DNA of 64,000 nt, taken from contig CM035360.1 in NCBI GenBank assembly GCA_020137815.1, forward strand, positions 7,998,001 to 8,062,000, given 5' to 3'. Source of the stretch: Hormiphora californensis. Lineage: Eukaryota; Animalia; Ctenophora. This document shows positions 26,771 to 39,861 of the stretch, piece after piece. The translations under genes and the position numbers were made by a program. Position 1 is the stretch's first letter, and each line of letters starts with the position of its first letter. A model generated the notes under the pieces. The model did not search any database. It was not told where the DNA came from and was given only the letters and a program-made list of their open reading frames with translations.

Positions 26771-27180
26771 TTTACCATCTTAGTGGACGGAGGGTCTCGG
26801 TCTTTCCGCTGTTCCGGATCTCTTGGTGTTTGGCGGAGTTAGGTGTGGTTAGGTTGCGTTTAGGTTTGGAGGTTTGGAGGTTGGTGGAGGTTTGGTGGAG
26901 GTTTGGAGGTTGTTGGAGGTTTGGAGGTTGGTGGAGGTTTGGAGGTTTGGTGGAGGTTTGCTGGTTGTTTGGTTTGGAGGTTGGTTTTGCGGGGTTTGTC
27001 TCGGTTCTTTGGGTTTGGTCTGGCAGCATGATTCATGTTCTCAACTTATTTGGAGCATCAACCTGTCGACATTCAAGGACAAAGGGGGTCAGGTTGGTGC
27101 TCCAGATTCTCTTGCCAGTGGCGCGTTATTTCAGATAACTTTCTCCCACAATTGAGTGTATATTGCTTGGTAACAGTTAC

Positions 27181-27803
27181 GGCAGGTGGGTAGAACTTCG
27201 ACAGAATTTAGGGTAGGTCTGAACTTAGGGTAGGTCTGAATTTAGGGTAGGTCTGGATTTAGGGTAGGGTAAACTGGGGTAAAATGGTCCACGGGGCAAA
27301 GCTAAGTGGCACATGTATGGGGCAAAACGGTTCAAGTTATTACATGTGGTCATGTGACTCCAGCAGAGACCTGCTCGTTCTGTTCCGAATTTTTGCTTTA
27401 AAACTGCTGTAATTTCTGTGTGAGTTGGCCGATTTTAATTTTGCAAAAACTGCCAGTTAGGTTTTTTATCCTTCTAAAACTTGGTATAAATATTTTTTCA
27501 AAAAACTCACTATTAATTTGATTAAATTGTCAAATTAGTCAAACTGGGGCAAAGTGGTTCACCTTTCTGGGGCAAAGTGGTCTACCCTGGGACCAATGAA
27601 ATCGAGTCTACAATACCACGCGTGATACCACAACTGGGGCAAAGTGGTCCTGCAGAACAGAAACTGCTGAAGATAACATGGACCATTTTAAATTCAGACC
27701 TACCCTAAATTCAGACCTACCCTAAATTCAGACCTACCCCAAATTCAGACCTACCCTAAATTCAGACCTACCCTAAATTCTGTCGAAGTTCTACCGACCT
27801 GCC
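27181..27803. mobile_element. GGCAGG-TIR element with 17-bp subterminal repeats and nested family-B fragment
   Basis: GGCAGGTGGGTAGAACTTCG / CGAAGTTCTACCGACCTGCC; (TTTAGGGTAGGTCTGAA)n. Confidence 0.75.
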
Positions 27804-27815
27804 AAGCCTTGTTAC

Positions 27816-28033
27816 CGTTTGCTGTTGACGTCTTAATTCTGCCTCGAGTAACCTTCGTTGAACTTGGCTTTTGGATATCTTTTTAGGCAACTTTGGTGCT
27901 TTTGTCTTCTGCTTCTGCTTCAGTTTCTCTCGGCGTGTATTCAATTCTTCCTGTTCACCAAATACTAGGTCAAATGCAAGCCCTCCTCGAGAAGGTGGTC
28001 GAGTTGCCACCTGTGTATCGTAGTTCACAGACC
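27816..28033 (-). CDS. Stathmin-domain protein exon (start of stathmin-like domain)
   Basis: tttcag|GG...ACG|gtaac, phase 1-0; RPPSRGGLAFDLVFG...PKKISKSQVQRRLLEAELRRQQQT resembles stathmin SGQAFELIL...LSLEEIQKKLEAAEERRK. Confidence 0.85.
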
Positions 28034-28943
28034 CTGAAAGTACTTTTATGTTATATAAGTTAGGAAAGCCCGACCACTAACAAAAGCACTAACAAACGCA
28101 CTAACAAAACGTACTAACAAAACGCGATAACAAAAGCACTAACAAAAGCACTAACAAAAACACTTACAAAACCACTAACAAAACCACTAACAAAACCGCT
28201 AAAAAAACCGCTAACAAAATCACTATCACGTCCTAATGAGGGGGACTGATATGTAATATAGATATGAGATATAGAATATGATCGATATGAGATATAGAAT
28301 ATGATTCGGAGAAGCCTGCACTCTCCCTCAAGGGGGGGTGGGGGGTAATATCTGCCTGGGGTGGGGCTCATCTTACCTCCAGTCACTTGCAATTATTCTG
28401 ACAGTAGTTTCATGATTGGAAGATTTGCTACCATGTCATGGTACGGCTGTAGGGTACCCAAAGTGATTTGATGTGAAAGTAGGAAGTGATACGAGTGAAT
28501 AATTGCGCGCCACAATGCATGTTAAGAATTTCCTTTGTTGCATCATCAAAGTGTGAGTTAAAAGTTTTATGAACTTCAAATAAACAACTGTGAGATACTG
28601 TCTATGGCTGATACTATCAGTGATAGATAGTGTCGGTATTGAGACGTTGTCTAGACGGTATCTGTATCGGATTCGCTTAAGACGTTGTCTAGACGTTGTT
28701 TAGACGGTATTTATATCGAAATTGCTGGAGAAGTTGTCTAGACGGTATTTGAAACTGAATCGCGATATTCTGTTTAGACGTTGTCTAGACGGTATGTTGA
28801 CCGGTTTCAGTTGAGATGTTGTCTAGACGGTACTTTCATCAATTTTCCTTTAGACTGCGTTGAGACGTACTTTTAAAACTCCGTCTGAAATACAGACGGA
28901 GTTCTAAAAGTCCGTCTCAACGTCTGCATCTGGTACAATTTTC

Positions 28944-29474
28944 AGACGTGTCTCAACTTTGGGCGGATACCGTCTAGAGACCGTCCAGACACCGTCTAGA
29001 CACCGGGACGGTACCGTCTAGAGACCGTCTGATACCGTCGCAACACCGTCTGATACCGTCTATAACCCGTTTCAAGCAATTTTGGTACCGTTTTTAGCTG
29101 ATTTTATCAAAACCCGTCTAGACGGTATAGGGGGCTAGATCTCTCTCTGTTTCCGGCCGAAAATAAAAGTTCGCGGACTCTAGGTCTAAGTGCCTCTGAA
29201 AAGTTTTAACAAAAAGACGTGTCTCAACTTTGGGCGGATACCGTCTAGAGACCGTCAAGACACCGTCTAGACGCCGGGACGGTACCGTCTGGAGACCGTC
29301 TGATACCGTCGCAACACCGTCTGATACCGTCTATAACCCGTTTCAAGCAATTTTGGTACCGTTTTTAGCTGATTTTATCAAAACCCGTCTAGACGGTATA
29401 GGGGGCTAGATCCCTCTCTGTTTCCGGCCGAAAATAAAAGTTCGCGGACTCTAGGTCTAAGTGCCTCTGAAAAG
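28944..29474. repeat. 271-bp-period tandem duplication in a TCTAGACGG-rich element
   Basis: 28944-29203 repeated at 29215-29474. Confidence 0.9.
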
Positions 29475-29485
29475 GCAATACTTAC

Positions 29486-29669
29486 TATGTAGCTTCGAAT
29501 AAAAGGTGATCTCCTTTGTTTCCAAGCTTTCCACTGCTTTGAATAGGTCTGTCATTTACTGGAATTTGTGATTGATTGACAGCAGCAACAATTTCTGCAT
29601 GCTTCGTGGAAGTTGTTTTTTGAGATATTCTTCGTAAAGGTCTTAATGGCGTGCCAGATACAACAAACT
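29486..29669 (-). CDS. Candidate alternative/stop-inducing exon of the stathmin-domain gene
   Basis: tttcag|AG...ACATA|gtaagt; 184 nt, open only in the phase-1 frame (EFVVSGTPLRPLRRISQK...LLFEAT); ends phase 2 giving TAG. Confidence 0.5.
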
Positions 29670-30068
29670 CTGAAAGAAGGAAATATGCTTTGGGTATTAG
29701 GGACTTAGATAGTAGGATCCATAGGGTAGCGACTGGCTATTTGAAACACCACCTCTACAGGTCTGGTAGAGGGGGTGTTTCAAATTAGCCGCCATTTCAA
29801 ATAGCCAGTCGGTTCCATATATCGCGTGGCCCGATTACTGAGCGCTACTTATACTGAAACAGAATCGGACACGATTGTTGTGAAGAGGTGCACGAAAACG
29901 AAAGTAGGAATAATGTCTATATAAATTGTGTGTGACATTCCTTAATGCCAAACTAAAAGTTTGGTGAAAAATTACGTCTCTATGTTGTGTTTGAAATTCA
30001 GAGGGCAAGCTTCAAACACAAGTTAGAAGCATGGGACCTTCACCAACTTGTTTCTTTTGATCCACGGA

Positions 30069-32503
30069 TGGCCCACGGATTGGTGTGGCGACGGTGATAG
30101 TTGTGAGAATAAAAATTATGGGAGCATTCTGGATCAATTCCTTGGTAACTTTTTCCATAATTTTTTGTCGAAAATTCGAAAATTCATTGTCATTCCTTCG
30201 TTCATTTCTCGTTCATTTATGATGTGAGTATCCTAATTTACCACGGCAGGTGAGTAGAACTTCGCTCCTAATAAAAGGCTGCAATAAAAGGCTGCAGAAA
30301 AAGGCTGCAATAAAAGGCTGCAGAAAAAGGCTGCAATAAAAGGCTGCAATAAAAGGCTGCAATGGATCACATATCCAACTAGACTAAAGCACTAAAGCAG
30401 GAGATAGACCGAATCGTCTTCCCCTAATAGTGTTTTGTTTCACGTATCGGTTTCTACCATAAGCGGTAGAGAGACCGAATCACCCGCCCCTAATTATAGT
30501 GATTCGTGCCTGGTATCCAACTAGACCATAGGCGGTAGATAGACGGAGATAGAGAGTTAGAGAGGTGAGAGTGAGAGATCCGAATCATGGACGACTAATC
30601 AAGTATTGTATCACGTTTCATGATATCCTCTAATTAATTAAATGAAAGGCGGTTACCTATAATTTGACCTAATCGGTGCCAATACGTGATTACTGATTTT
30701 CTACCGTTATTCGCCAATAGTCTTTATGTACACAATTCAGTAGAGCGGAATCACACATAATACTATGATAGGTGAACCAAGTGGTTGGGTGGTTCACCTG
30801 TGATTGTGCTACACGCTCAATCAATAGATCTACCCTACCTCATTAGACCAACACTCTCAGTAGTTACTGACTACCTCTACTGGAATCGTGGATCGATACG
30901 GAAAGACTAATGGAGAATACATAGCGGTAGAGAATCACGTATCGGGACCGATGAGGTCTCATTGTCAATTGGTAACCGCTTTTCATTAGAGTATACCATG
31001 GTACGTGATACCATACCGTGATTCTGATTTTTCACACTCACTTCTCACTCGTACTCGCTCTCTATCTCGGTCTCTCTCTATTGCCTATGGTCTAGTTGGA
31101 AACGTGGCACGAATCACTATAATTAGGGGAGGGTGATTCGGTCTCACTACAGCCAATACGTGATACGAAACACTATTAGGGGAGGACGATTCGGTCTATC
31201 CCCCGCTTTAGTCTGGTTGGATACGTGATCCCTTGCAGCCTTTTATTGCAGCCTTTTATTGCAGCCTTTTATTGCAGCCTTTTTCTGCAGCCTTTTATTG
31301 CAGCCTTTTATTGCAGCCTTTTTATGCAGCCTTTTATTGCAGCCTTTTATTAGGAGCGAAGTTCTACTCACCTGCCTTTACCACATTATGCTATTTTTTC
31401 TTTGCGGCTTGAACTTATCTTTCCAATGAGCTTAATGAAAACGAAATTAGAGCACCAGGTCACTTGCCTAGTTAGACTGTCTTTAGACTGTGTTTACAAA
31501 TGTAAAGGAGAGTTAGAACATAACAACAGGTCACATGACAGTTGACAAAATGCACTTGCATGATTTTGGCTCTTCCTGCGACTTTCAATGAGCTGTTTCA
31601 CGACTGCCTTTTATTCAATATTTTTTAAAACTTGGGTGAGCATTGAATAAGCAAAGATCTTTGCTCACAAGAAAAATCAAGTTCGAAACCCAAAGTTCAT
31701 TTTTCAATTTTGGAAGTTCATTCCACTCATTCAGGAATAAGCATCCCTAAAGTGATGAAACGTGATGGGTTTTGTTTGGCCCATGTCCTGCAATGACAGA
31801 GAGGTGTAAAAACACGTTTCCGGGCTAGTTAATGGGTGTCCATTTGATCAAGATGATATCTGACACCTTTTCTGAGCTATAATATATATTTCTGGGATTG
31901 GTATCGTGCAGCAATGCTAAGAAGCTTCATAGCACCTCAAAAATGATGATCAGTTCAATGGAATGAGTTTATTTATGAAAGAAAGGAGATCGGTTAGCTA
32001 CAAAATCTTGTTATCAATGTCTGACAACATAGTTCGGAACATGCCGCGAGACTCTAACCGATTGAAGTGCTGCACAATACCAATCCCAGAAAACTCTAAT
32101 CACATGCTTGAATTTGAATACCAAAATTGAAAAATGAACTTTGGGTTTCGACCTTGATTTTTCTTGTAAGCAAAGATCTTTGCTTATTTAATGCTCACCC
32201 AAATTTTTTTAAATATTGAACAAAAGTTAGTCGTGAAACAGCTCATTGAGAGTCACAGGAAGAGCCAAAATCATGCAAGTGCATTTTGTCAACTGCCATG
32301 TGACCTGGTGCTCTAATTTCGTTTTCATGGTGCTCATTGGAAAGATAAATTCAAGCCAAAGAAAAATAGCATAATGATGGAAAATTAGGATAGTCACATC
32401 ATAAATGAACGAGAAATGAACGAAGGAATGGAAAATGAATCATCGATTTTTAGAAAAAAAAATATGTAAAAAGTTACCAATACAAGGAATTGATCCGTGG
32501 GCC
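30069..32503. mobile_element. Long foldback element hosting an 8-bp-TSD insert
   Basis: Arms 30130-31720 vs 32110-32500 inverted. Confidence 0.65.
30245..31376. mobile_element. Merlin-like non-autonomous element
   Basis: TIR GGCAGGTGAGTAGAACTTCG, 8-bp TSD TTTACCAC, subterminal (AATAAAAGGCTGC)n. Confidence 0.8.
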
Positions 32504-32788
32504 ACCTTGGCGCAATGAAATGTTGTCAAAAATAGCCTGAACCTAGAAATCACTAGGGGCGAGCTAATTTCTGCACAATCCTATAATAGTCAATTATAGG
32601 CCCCTGGATCAAAAAAAGTCCCAAGCCCAAATGTTGGGGGAAGTGCCCCTAATTGGCCGTAATTGATTACAGTGTATTTGTAGTCATCAATTAAATCGCA
32701 AATCGTCTTAGGAAAGGAGTAGAGGAAAAACTGAGGACACTCGAGTGTCCAGCGTCCTCGCATTAGTGGGGGTAGGTGTAGGAATTAA

Positions 32789-33363
32789 AGTGAGAGTGGA
32801 CCGGATCAGGATTGGACAAGTTTTTTGTAGGTAGTAGAGATTAGTTCTATGAGTATTTTGCATTTTTGCCGCTCAAAATCGACCCACCCATTACTGAGAT
32901 AATTTTATTATGTCGGGAGAATTGCTGGATCAATATTTATCAAACAGGATAGAAACAATCCTTGTGTTTTACTAACACATTCTTTAAATTTTAATATGCT
33001 GGCTTGCATTGCCCTGCTTCTGTGCACATGGACATGTCAACCTCACTGCTTATATTCAGAATGTGTTTGTAAAACACCACGATTGCTCAGAAAGCTAATC
33101 TCTACTACCTACAACAAAATATAATAATAGAACTCGTGCAGTTGCTAGATGGCCCTTTTACAGGCTCCTCACAATTGAAACTTGAACAAGTGACAACTGG
33201 TGCTATTGAGTTAGACTCAACAACACAGCGACTGATGAGTGGTGAACACATGCATTTCTACATGTGAGCACCATACATTTGCACACTGTAATTAGTGCGA
33301 CACCGGCATGACTCGGTGAACCTACAACAAACTTGTCCAATTTTGATCCGGTCCAATCTCACT
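32789..33363. mobile_element. Kolobok-like MITE
   Basis: TTAA TSD confirmed by empty site GGAATTAAGTC at ~6381; termini AG..CT. Confidence 0.85.
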
Positions 33364-33387
33364 TTAAGTCTTTATCTCATCTGGTTA

Positions 33388-34809
33388 GGGTAAGCTGGGG
33401 CAAAAGTGGCCCATTTTTAACGTTTTAGGTTCTAACATATGCAATTTATACAGCAGGAAGAAAAAATATATTATATTATAGGCTATCCAATGAAACGTTT
33501 TCCTTTCAGCCGAGCTAAATCTTAAAATCTGCAAGTTTTTATTTAATGGGTTAATTGCTCAATTCAAATTAATATGGTGAGGCTTTTTTTTGGAAATTTG
33601 CACTGGGGAAAAGTGGCCCTTAAGCCAATAGCATTGCTCGATTTTATCACGTGCCTGGTGTTGTTAGACGAAACGATCAAATTAGGGGCAAAGTGGCCCA
33701 TGTTCTGCACCGGAACATTCATTCATTCAAACTGCCGCTGGCAGTGGCATTGCGCCGAAATAAACATATAATATTAAGCAAACCAGCCACACGGACCAAA
33801 CTGAGTGAGGATTCAGGGTGGCGTAACAGGGTCGTTAGCGCGAAGACGGTAAGGTCTTATGGGCCACTTTGTCCCTACATTTTTGTTCTGGACCACTTTG
33901 CCCCAGTGCATTCCAATCCCAGTGCGAAATGTTGACCAATTTATCAATCTAATTGATATCACTTTTATGCTTAAATTTATGATTTATTGCACCCCCATCA
34001 TCATCATTACACGCTAGTGGCGCTTGCCAGCGCTGCGAATTTTTTTCAGGTGCTAACACCGACCATTATATGTACATACTCCTAGATAGTAGATATAATG
34101 TCAAAAGTAGTTTTTATTGCTCGGATAGTCTTTAAAACTGCTGGAATACACGGAATGCATATGTGCATTTAAGATACTCCATGGGGGCTGGGGCCCTTGC
34201 CGGCGCTGCGAAATTTTTCAAGGGCTAACACCGACCATTATTATGATTCAGTGATTTACAACTCTCAGTGATAGTGAGAGAGAGATATTCGTACTCTAAA
34301 ATTGCTCTCCAATGCGGCTCTCCAATGCACCATCAATACATTGGTGGCGCATTTTTTCGACCGGATTTCACATTGATAATACCTTGAACAACGTTTCGCA
34401 CTGAGATTCCAATGTCACGTGGTATTGCAGGCGCCACTTCATTGGTCCTAGAGGTGGACCACTTTGCCCCAGACCGGACCAATTTGCCCCGGAGAGTGGG
34501 CCATATTAGCCCCAATTTCACAAAATTGACAATTAAGACAAAAAATTGCCAATTTCTTCAAAATTCTTATACCACGTTTTAGAGAACTATAAAGCCTAAC
34601 TGGCAGTTTTTGCAAAATTAAAATCGGCCAACCCAAACAGAAATAACAGCAGTTTTAAAGCGAAAATTCGGAACAGAACGAGCAGGTCTCTGCTGGATAA
34701 AAAGTCACGTGACCACATGTTATTACTGGGGCCACACACACACACTAGGGCCACTTTGCCCCATATATGGGCCACATTACCCCACGGGCCAATTTGCCCC
34801 AGCTTACCC
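33388..34809. mobile_element. Family B TA-TSD element
   Basis: GGGTAAGCTGGGGCAAA..TTTGCCCCAGCTTACCC; empty site GGTTAATTAG at ~6402. Confidence 0.85.
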
Positions 34810-35283
34810 TAATTAGATAATTGGATAATTAGATTTGCACATAGCTGTTTTTGGTAATATTTTAGAGACTTTTCACTGGTGCCATTTTGTAGGCAGTAAC
34901 TAAGTTATGGGGGGGGGGGTCGTGCTCGGACTTTTAAGCTTTATCTCCAATCGTTTAGCCTTTATTTGGATTCAAAGGTGCTGAAAATGAGCAAAAAATG
35001 GCTCCGATTTTGAGCCTCTTTGTGGATTCGCTAATCTTATCTGAACCAATTTCATTATTCCAAATATCGCCAAAGTACATATGGCAAACGGAAAATTGGT
35101 AGTACTAGTCTAGCAAAGACTAATAAAATTTCTTTTAATTAACCTGGGGTGGGAGGTCGAGGTAGAGACTCTATGAAAGCGATATCACTTATCTTTGATT
35201 CTTCGCAAATAAAAACAGAATACCCTGGAAGGAAAAATGTTTAACTAACTCCTTTTTAGAAATATTTGAGGTTTGACAGTTAA

Positions 35284-36118
35284 CCCTTTGGGACCGATAG
35301 TGGCGCCATCGACAGAAATATCTGAAAATTGCTGGAGACACTCCTAACAAGCCTACTTGAAAGCAAAACCAAAAAACTCGTCTCTACGAACTTTGTTTCT
35401 GTGGGGTCACCAGTGACCCTATCGGTCTCAAATGGAATGCAAACAATTGAGATTTCGTAGCTATTTTGCCTCATAACTCGAAAACCGCTCATCTTAGACC
35501 CTATGTTTCTTCATAACACTTATATAAACCCGGCCATTCTGCACATTTTACACACCCTATGGAACTCTGTATCTCATCTGTAGCCGATTTTAGAATTTCA
35601 AATTGGCCGAGATGAAAATTTTTATGAAGGAGCACGAATCTCAAAAAATTTTTCAGCGACTCTCTAAGATGTATAGATAACACTGATGGAGTCGGTTAGT
35701 CGCTAGCACCCGTTTGAAAAATGCCGTTTTAGACCTTTATCGGTGGCCAATCCTTTAGAAATGCACGTAAAATCCAAATTTCTATATTAGCGTTAGGGGA
35801 CGATAGGGTCACTGGTGACCCCGGCATTATTTGCCCTCTGAGCGTTGTAAATTTGATCAAATCATCACGAAACTTCATACCGGGGTAAAACCTATGGTTT
35901 TCTTTTGATTTGTAGGTCCATTATTGGCTTACTTATACCGTTTTAGAGATATGGCCAACTTTACACCAAAATGTTCAAAGCTTAAAATGACCCCAAAAAC
36001 AGCCAAAAAGTATCTATTCTAACCCGGAAAACCATTTAAACTTCTTAGATTTAGTTCGGACAGACGCTAGATGCATAATTAGCGTGGGGTCACTGGTGAC
36101 CCTATCGGTCTCAAAGGG
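35284..36118. mobile_element. piggyBac-like non-autonomous element
   Basis: TTAA|CCCTTTGGGACCGATAG...CTATCGGTCTCAAAGGG|TTAA. Confidence 0.85.
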
Positions 36119-36364
36119 TTAAATGGTCTTCCTTTGCAACGGTTAACTGGTAATCAGATTAACGGTTGATATTTGCTGAACAAATTTGGTTCGATGAAAT
36201 GTTGGGCCCGTGAATGAATATATTAATATGAGAGTATATTAGAGTGACGTAATCTACATATCACGAGTTAGAGGGATGACGTGATTATTGTTTATAGAGA
36301 GATGATGTAATTATTGATATAATATTGTAAAATGGAAATAAGAGATTGAAGACTAGTATATGCT

Positions 36365-36862
36365 TATGTTCATTTCTCTCATCCAACTGCAAGACCTAGA
36401 GTTCCTGGTAAACTAGCTTGTTTTCGCCCCCCCCCCCCCCACTTCAAGACATAGAGTTCCTGACAAACTAGCTTGTGTTCATTTCTCCCTCCCGCAACTG
36501 CAAGACCTATAGTTCCTGGCAAACTAGCTTGTGTTCATTCCCCGCCCCTAACTTCAAAACTTAGATCTAGAGTTCCTGGTAAACTAGTGTGTGTTCATTT
36601 CTCTCCTCCAACTGCAAGACTTAGAGTTCATGGCAGACTAGCTTGTGCTCATTTCTCTCCTCCAACTGCAAGACCTAGAGTTCCTGATAAACTAGCCTGT
36701 TTTCGTCACCCCCCCCCCCCCCCCACTTCAAGACCTAGAGTTCCTGCAAAACTAGCTTATGTTCATGTTTATTTCTCTCGTCCAATTGCAAGACCTAGAG
36801 TTCCTGGCAAACTAGCTTGTGTTCATTTCTCTCCTCCGACTGCAAGACCTAGAGTTCATGGC
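36365..36862. repeat. ~55-bp minisatellite
   Basis: Repeated AAGACCTAGAGTTCCTGGCAAACTAGCTTGTGTTCATTTCTCT units. Confidence 0.9.
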
Positions 36863-38381
36863 GGGTAGAGAGAGAGACAGAGAGAGAAAGGGAGAGAAAG
36901 GAAGAGAGAGGAGAGAGAAGAGAGAAAGGGAGAGAAGGGGGTGATTGTAAAAGAGATTTACATTATAAATGAGAGAAAGTTATAAAGGAACCTATCAATA
37001 TAGGGTAAACCGGGGCAAAATGGTTAACTTTTTACTTAATTGGTTCTCACCCCTATTTAAAAAAGTATACAATGAAAAAAATTATATAGGCTTAGAGTTC
37101 ATTATTTTATCTTTCAAATAAGATTAATTTTAACTCTAGGGACCAACATTAACATTTAACTGTTAATTTAACAGAATTTGAAATGAAAACATGCGAATCT
37201 CTATTATAAAGTACAAATGAACGTCGTGGTGATGATGATGTCGTATCCCACGTGCAAATGGTGGGGGGTTGCCAAGGAGGTGCCTTGGGAGAGGTATGGG
37301 TAGTTGTGAGGGGATACTGCACGTGCATGTTATTGTTTGTTTGTTGCGTGTTCCTGTGTTGTTCCTGTGGTGTTTTGGGATCTACTGTTGGGGCCGCCAT
37401 GATTGCCAAAGCCTTTCTACCTACGTACCCCGTTGATTCTCTACACAGCTACAATTCTACGGATCTTTATCACCTGATTCTACATGTTATTCAGCGGGAT
37501 TTACCTTGATGTTTATCACCAGCGCTCTACCACTACCAACCTCTTTACCCCGACATTGAGATACGAAGAGTGAGGGGGGGGAGAGACATAGAGACGGGGA
37601 GGGGGGGGTGTTGTAGGACTTAACAATGGGCTTTCTAGTCCTTATTATAAAGTACAAATGAACGTCGTAGTGAGGAGTATGATGACCTATCATCACGTGC
37701 AAATAGAGGGGGGTTGCCAAGGAGGTGCCCTGGGAGGGGTATTGGAGGGGGATACTGCACGTGCATGTTTTTGGTTGTTTGTTGCGTGTTCCTGTGTTGT
37801 TCCTGTAGTGATTTGGATCTACTGCTGGGACCTCCATGATTGCCAAAGCCTTTCTACCTACGTACCCCGTTGATTCTCTACACAGCTACAATTCTACGGA
37901 TCTTTATCACCTGATTCTACATGTTATTCAGCGGGATTTCCCTTGATGTTTATCACCAGTGCAGCGCTCTACCACTACCAACCTCCGTATTCTTTATCCC
38001 GACATGGAGAGACGAAGAGTAAGAGGGGGGGGGGAGATAGAGACGGGTGGGGGGGGGGGTGTTGTAGGACTTAACAATGGGCTTTCTAGTCTTTATTATA
38101 AAGTACAAATGAACGTCGTGGTGAGTATGATGGAGTATCCTAGCTTGCAACACTAGCGTGCAACAATTTGCCCATTTGCCCGTGCAAATCAAGGGGTTGT
38201 TATGGTTGGTGGGCAAGGGTCTGAATACTGCACGTGCATGTTGTTGGTTGTTTGTTGCGTGTTCCTGCGGTGTTGTGTGGTGTGATGGCATCTACTGTTG
38301 CTGCCCCGATGAATACCAAAGCGTTTCTACCTACATACCCCCGATAATTACTCTACACATCTACAATTCTACGGATGTTTA

Positions 38382-38716
38382 CCCCCATAAAAAAGTCGCT
38401 TGGCAAATTCCCTCGTCGCTCGGCAATTGGTTCGGCAACAACAGGTGGTTTGCCGAGCCAGTCGCTCGGCTAATCAAGGAAGTCTCCGTGATTTCACCGC
38501 GTTCTTACAGAAAAAGCACATTTTTTCAGCACTTTGTATTTTTCAGCAGGAGATTTTGAAAAAAAGTGCTGAAAAAATGTACTTTTTCTGTAAGAACGCG
38601 GTGAAAACACGGCGACTTCCTTGATTAGCCGAGCGACTGGCTCGGCAAACCACCTGTTGTTGCCGAACCAATTGCCGAGCGACGAGGGAATTTGCCAAGC
38701 GACTTTTTTATGGGGG
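38382..38716. mobile_element. Near-perfect palindromic MITE, TA TSD
   Basis: TA|CCCCCATAAAAAAGTCGC...GCGACTTTTTTATGGGGG|TA. Confidence 0.88.
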
Positions 38717-38859
38717 TATGAACTATTAATAATTCAACACGTTTCAAGCAGCTCTCTTCTGATCACCCTTGATATTCATCACCATCCCTACCACTCTACC
38801 AACCTCCATATTCTTTAGTATTATAGCCCGAAACGGACATGACAAAGAGATGTAGTGAG

Positions 38860-39390
<531 letters not shown>

Positions 39391-39861
39391 AACGGGGTTC
39401 ACCCAACGGGGTTCAACCAACGGGCTTTCTAGTCCTTATTATAAAGTACAAATGAACGTCGTGATGAGTGTGATGACCTTTCATCACGTGCAAATAGAGG
39501 GGGGTTGCCAAGGAGGTGGCCTGGGAGGGGTATTGGAGGTTGTGGGGGGATACTGCACGTGCATGTTATTGGTTGTTTGTTGCGTGTTCCTGTGTTGTTC
39601 CTGTGGTGTTTTGGGACCGCCAAGATTGCCAAAGCCTTTCTACCTACGTACCCCGTTGATTCACAGCTACAATTCTACGGATCTTTATCACCTGATTCTA
39701 CATGTTATTCAGCGGGATTTCCCTTTTTTACTTCAAGAAGAAATTTAGGGGGTATACAAACATTTCAACGGAAAACAAAATATCACTCTGTACACTCCCA
39801 AGGACTCCACAAGGGGTACCCTCAATTAAGGAGTCCTGACTTGTAACTACAGATACGATTA

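Noticed and set aside
36473-36868. 131-aa Pro-rich repeat protein
   Set aside because: Minisatellite translation, no splice support
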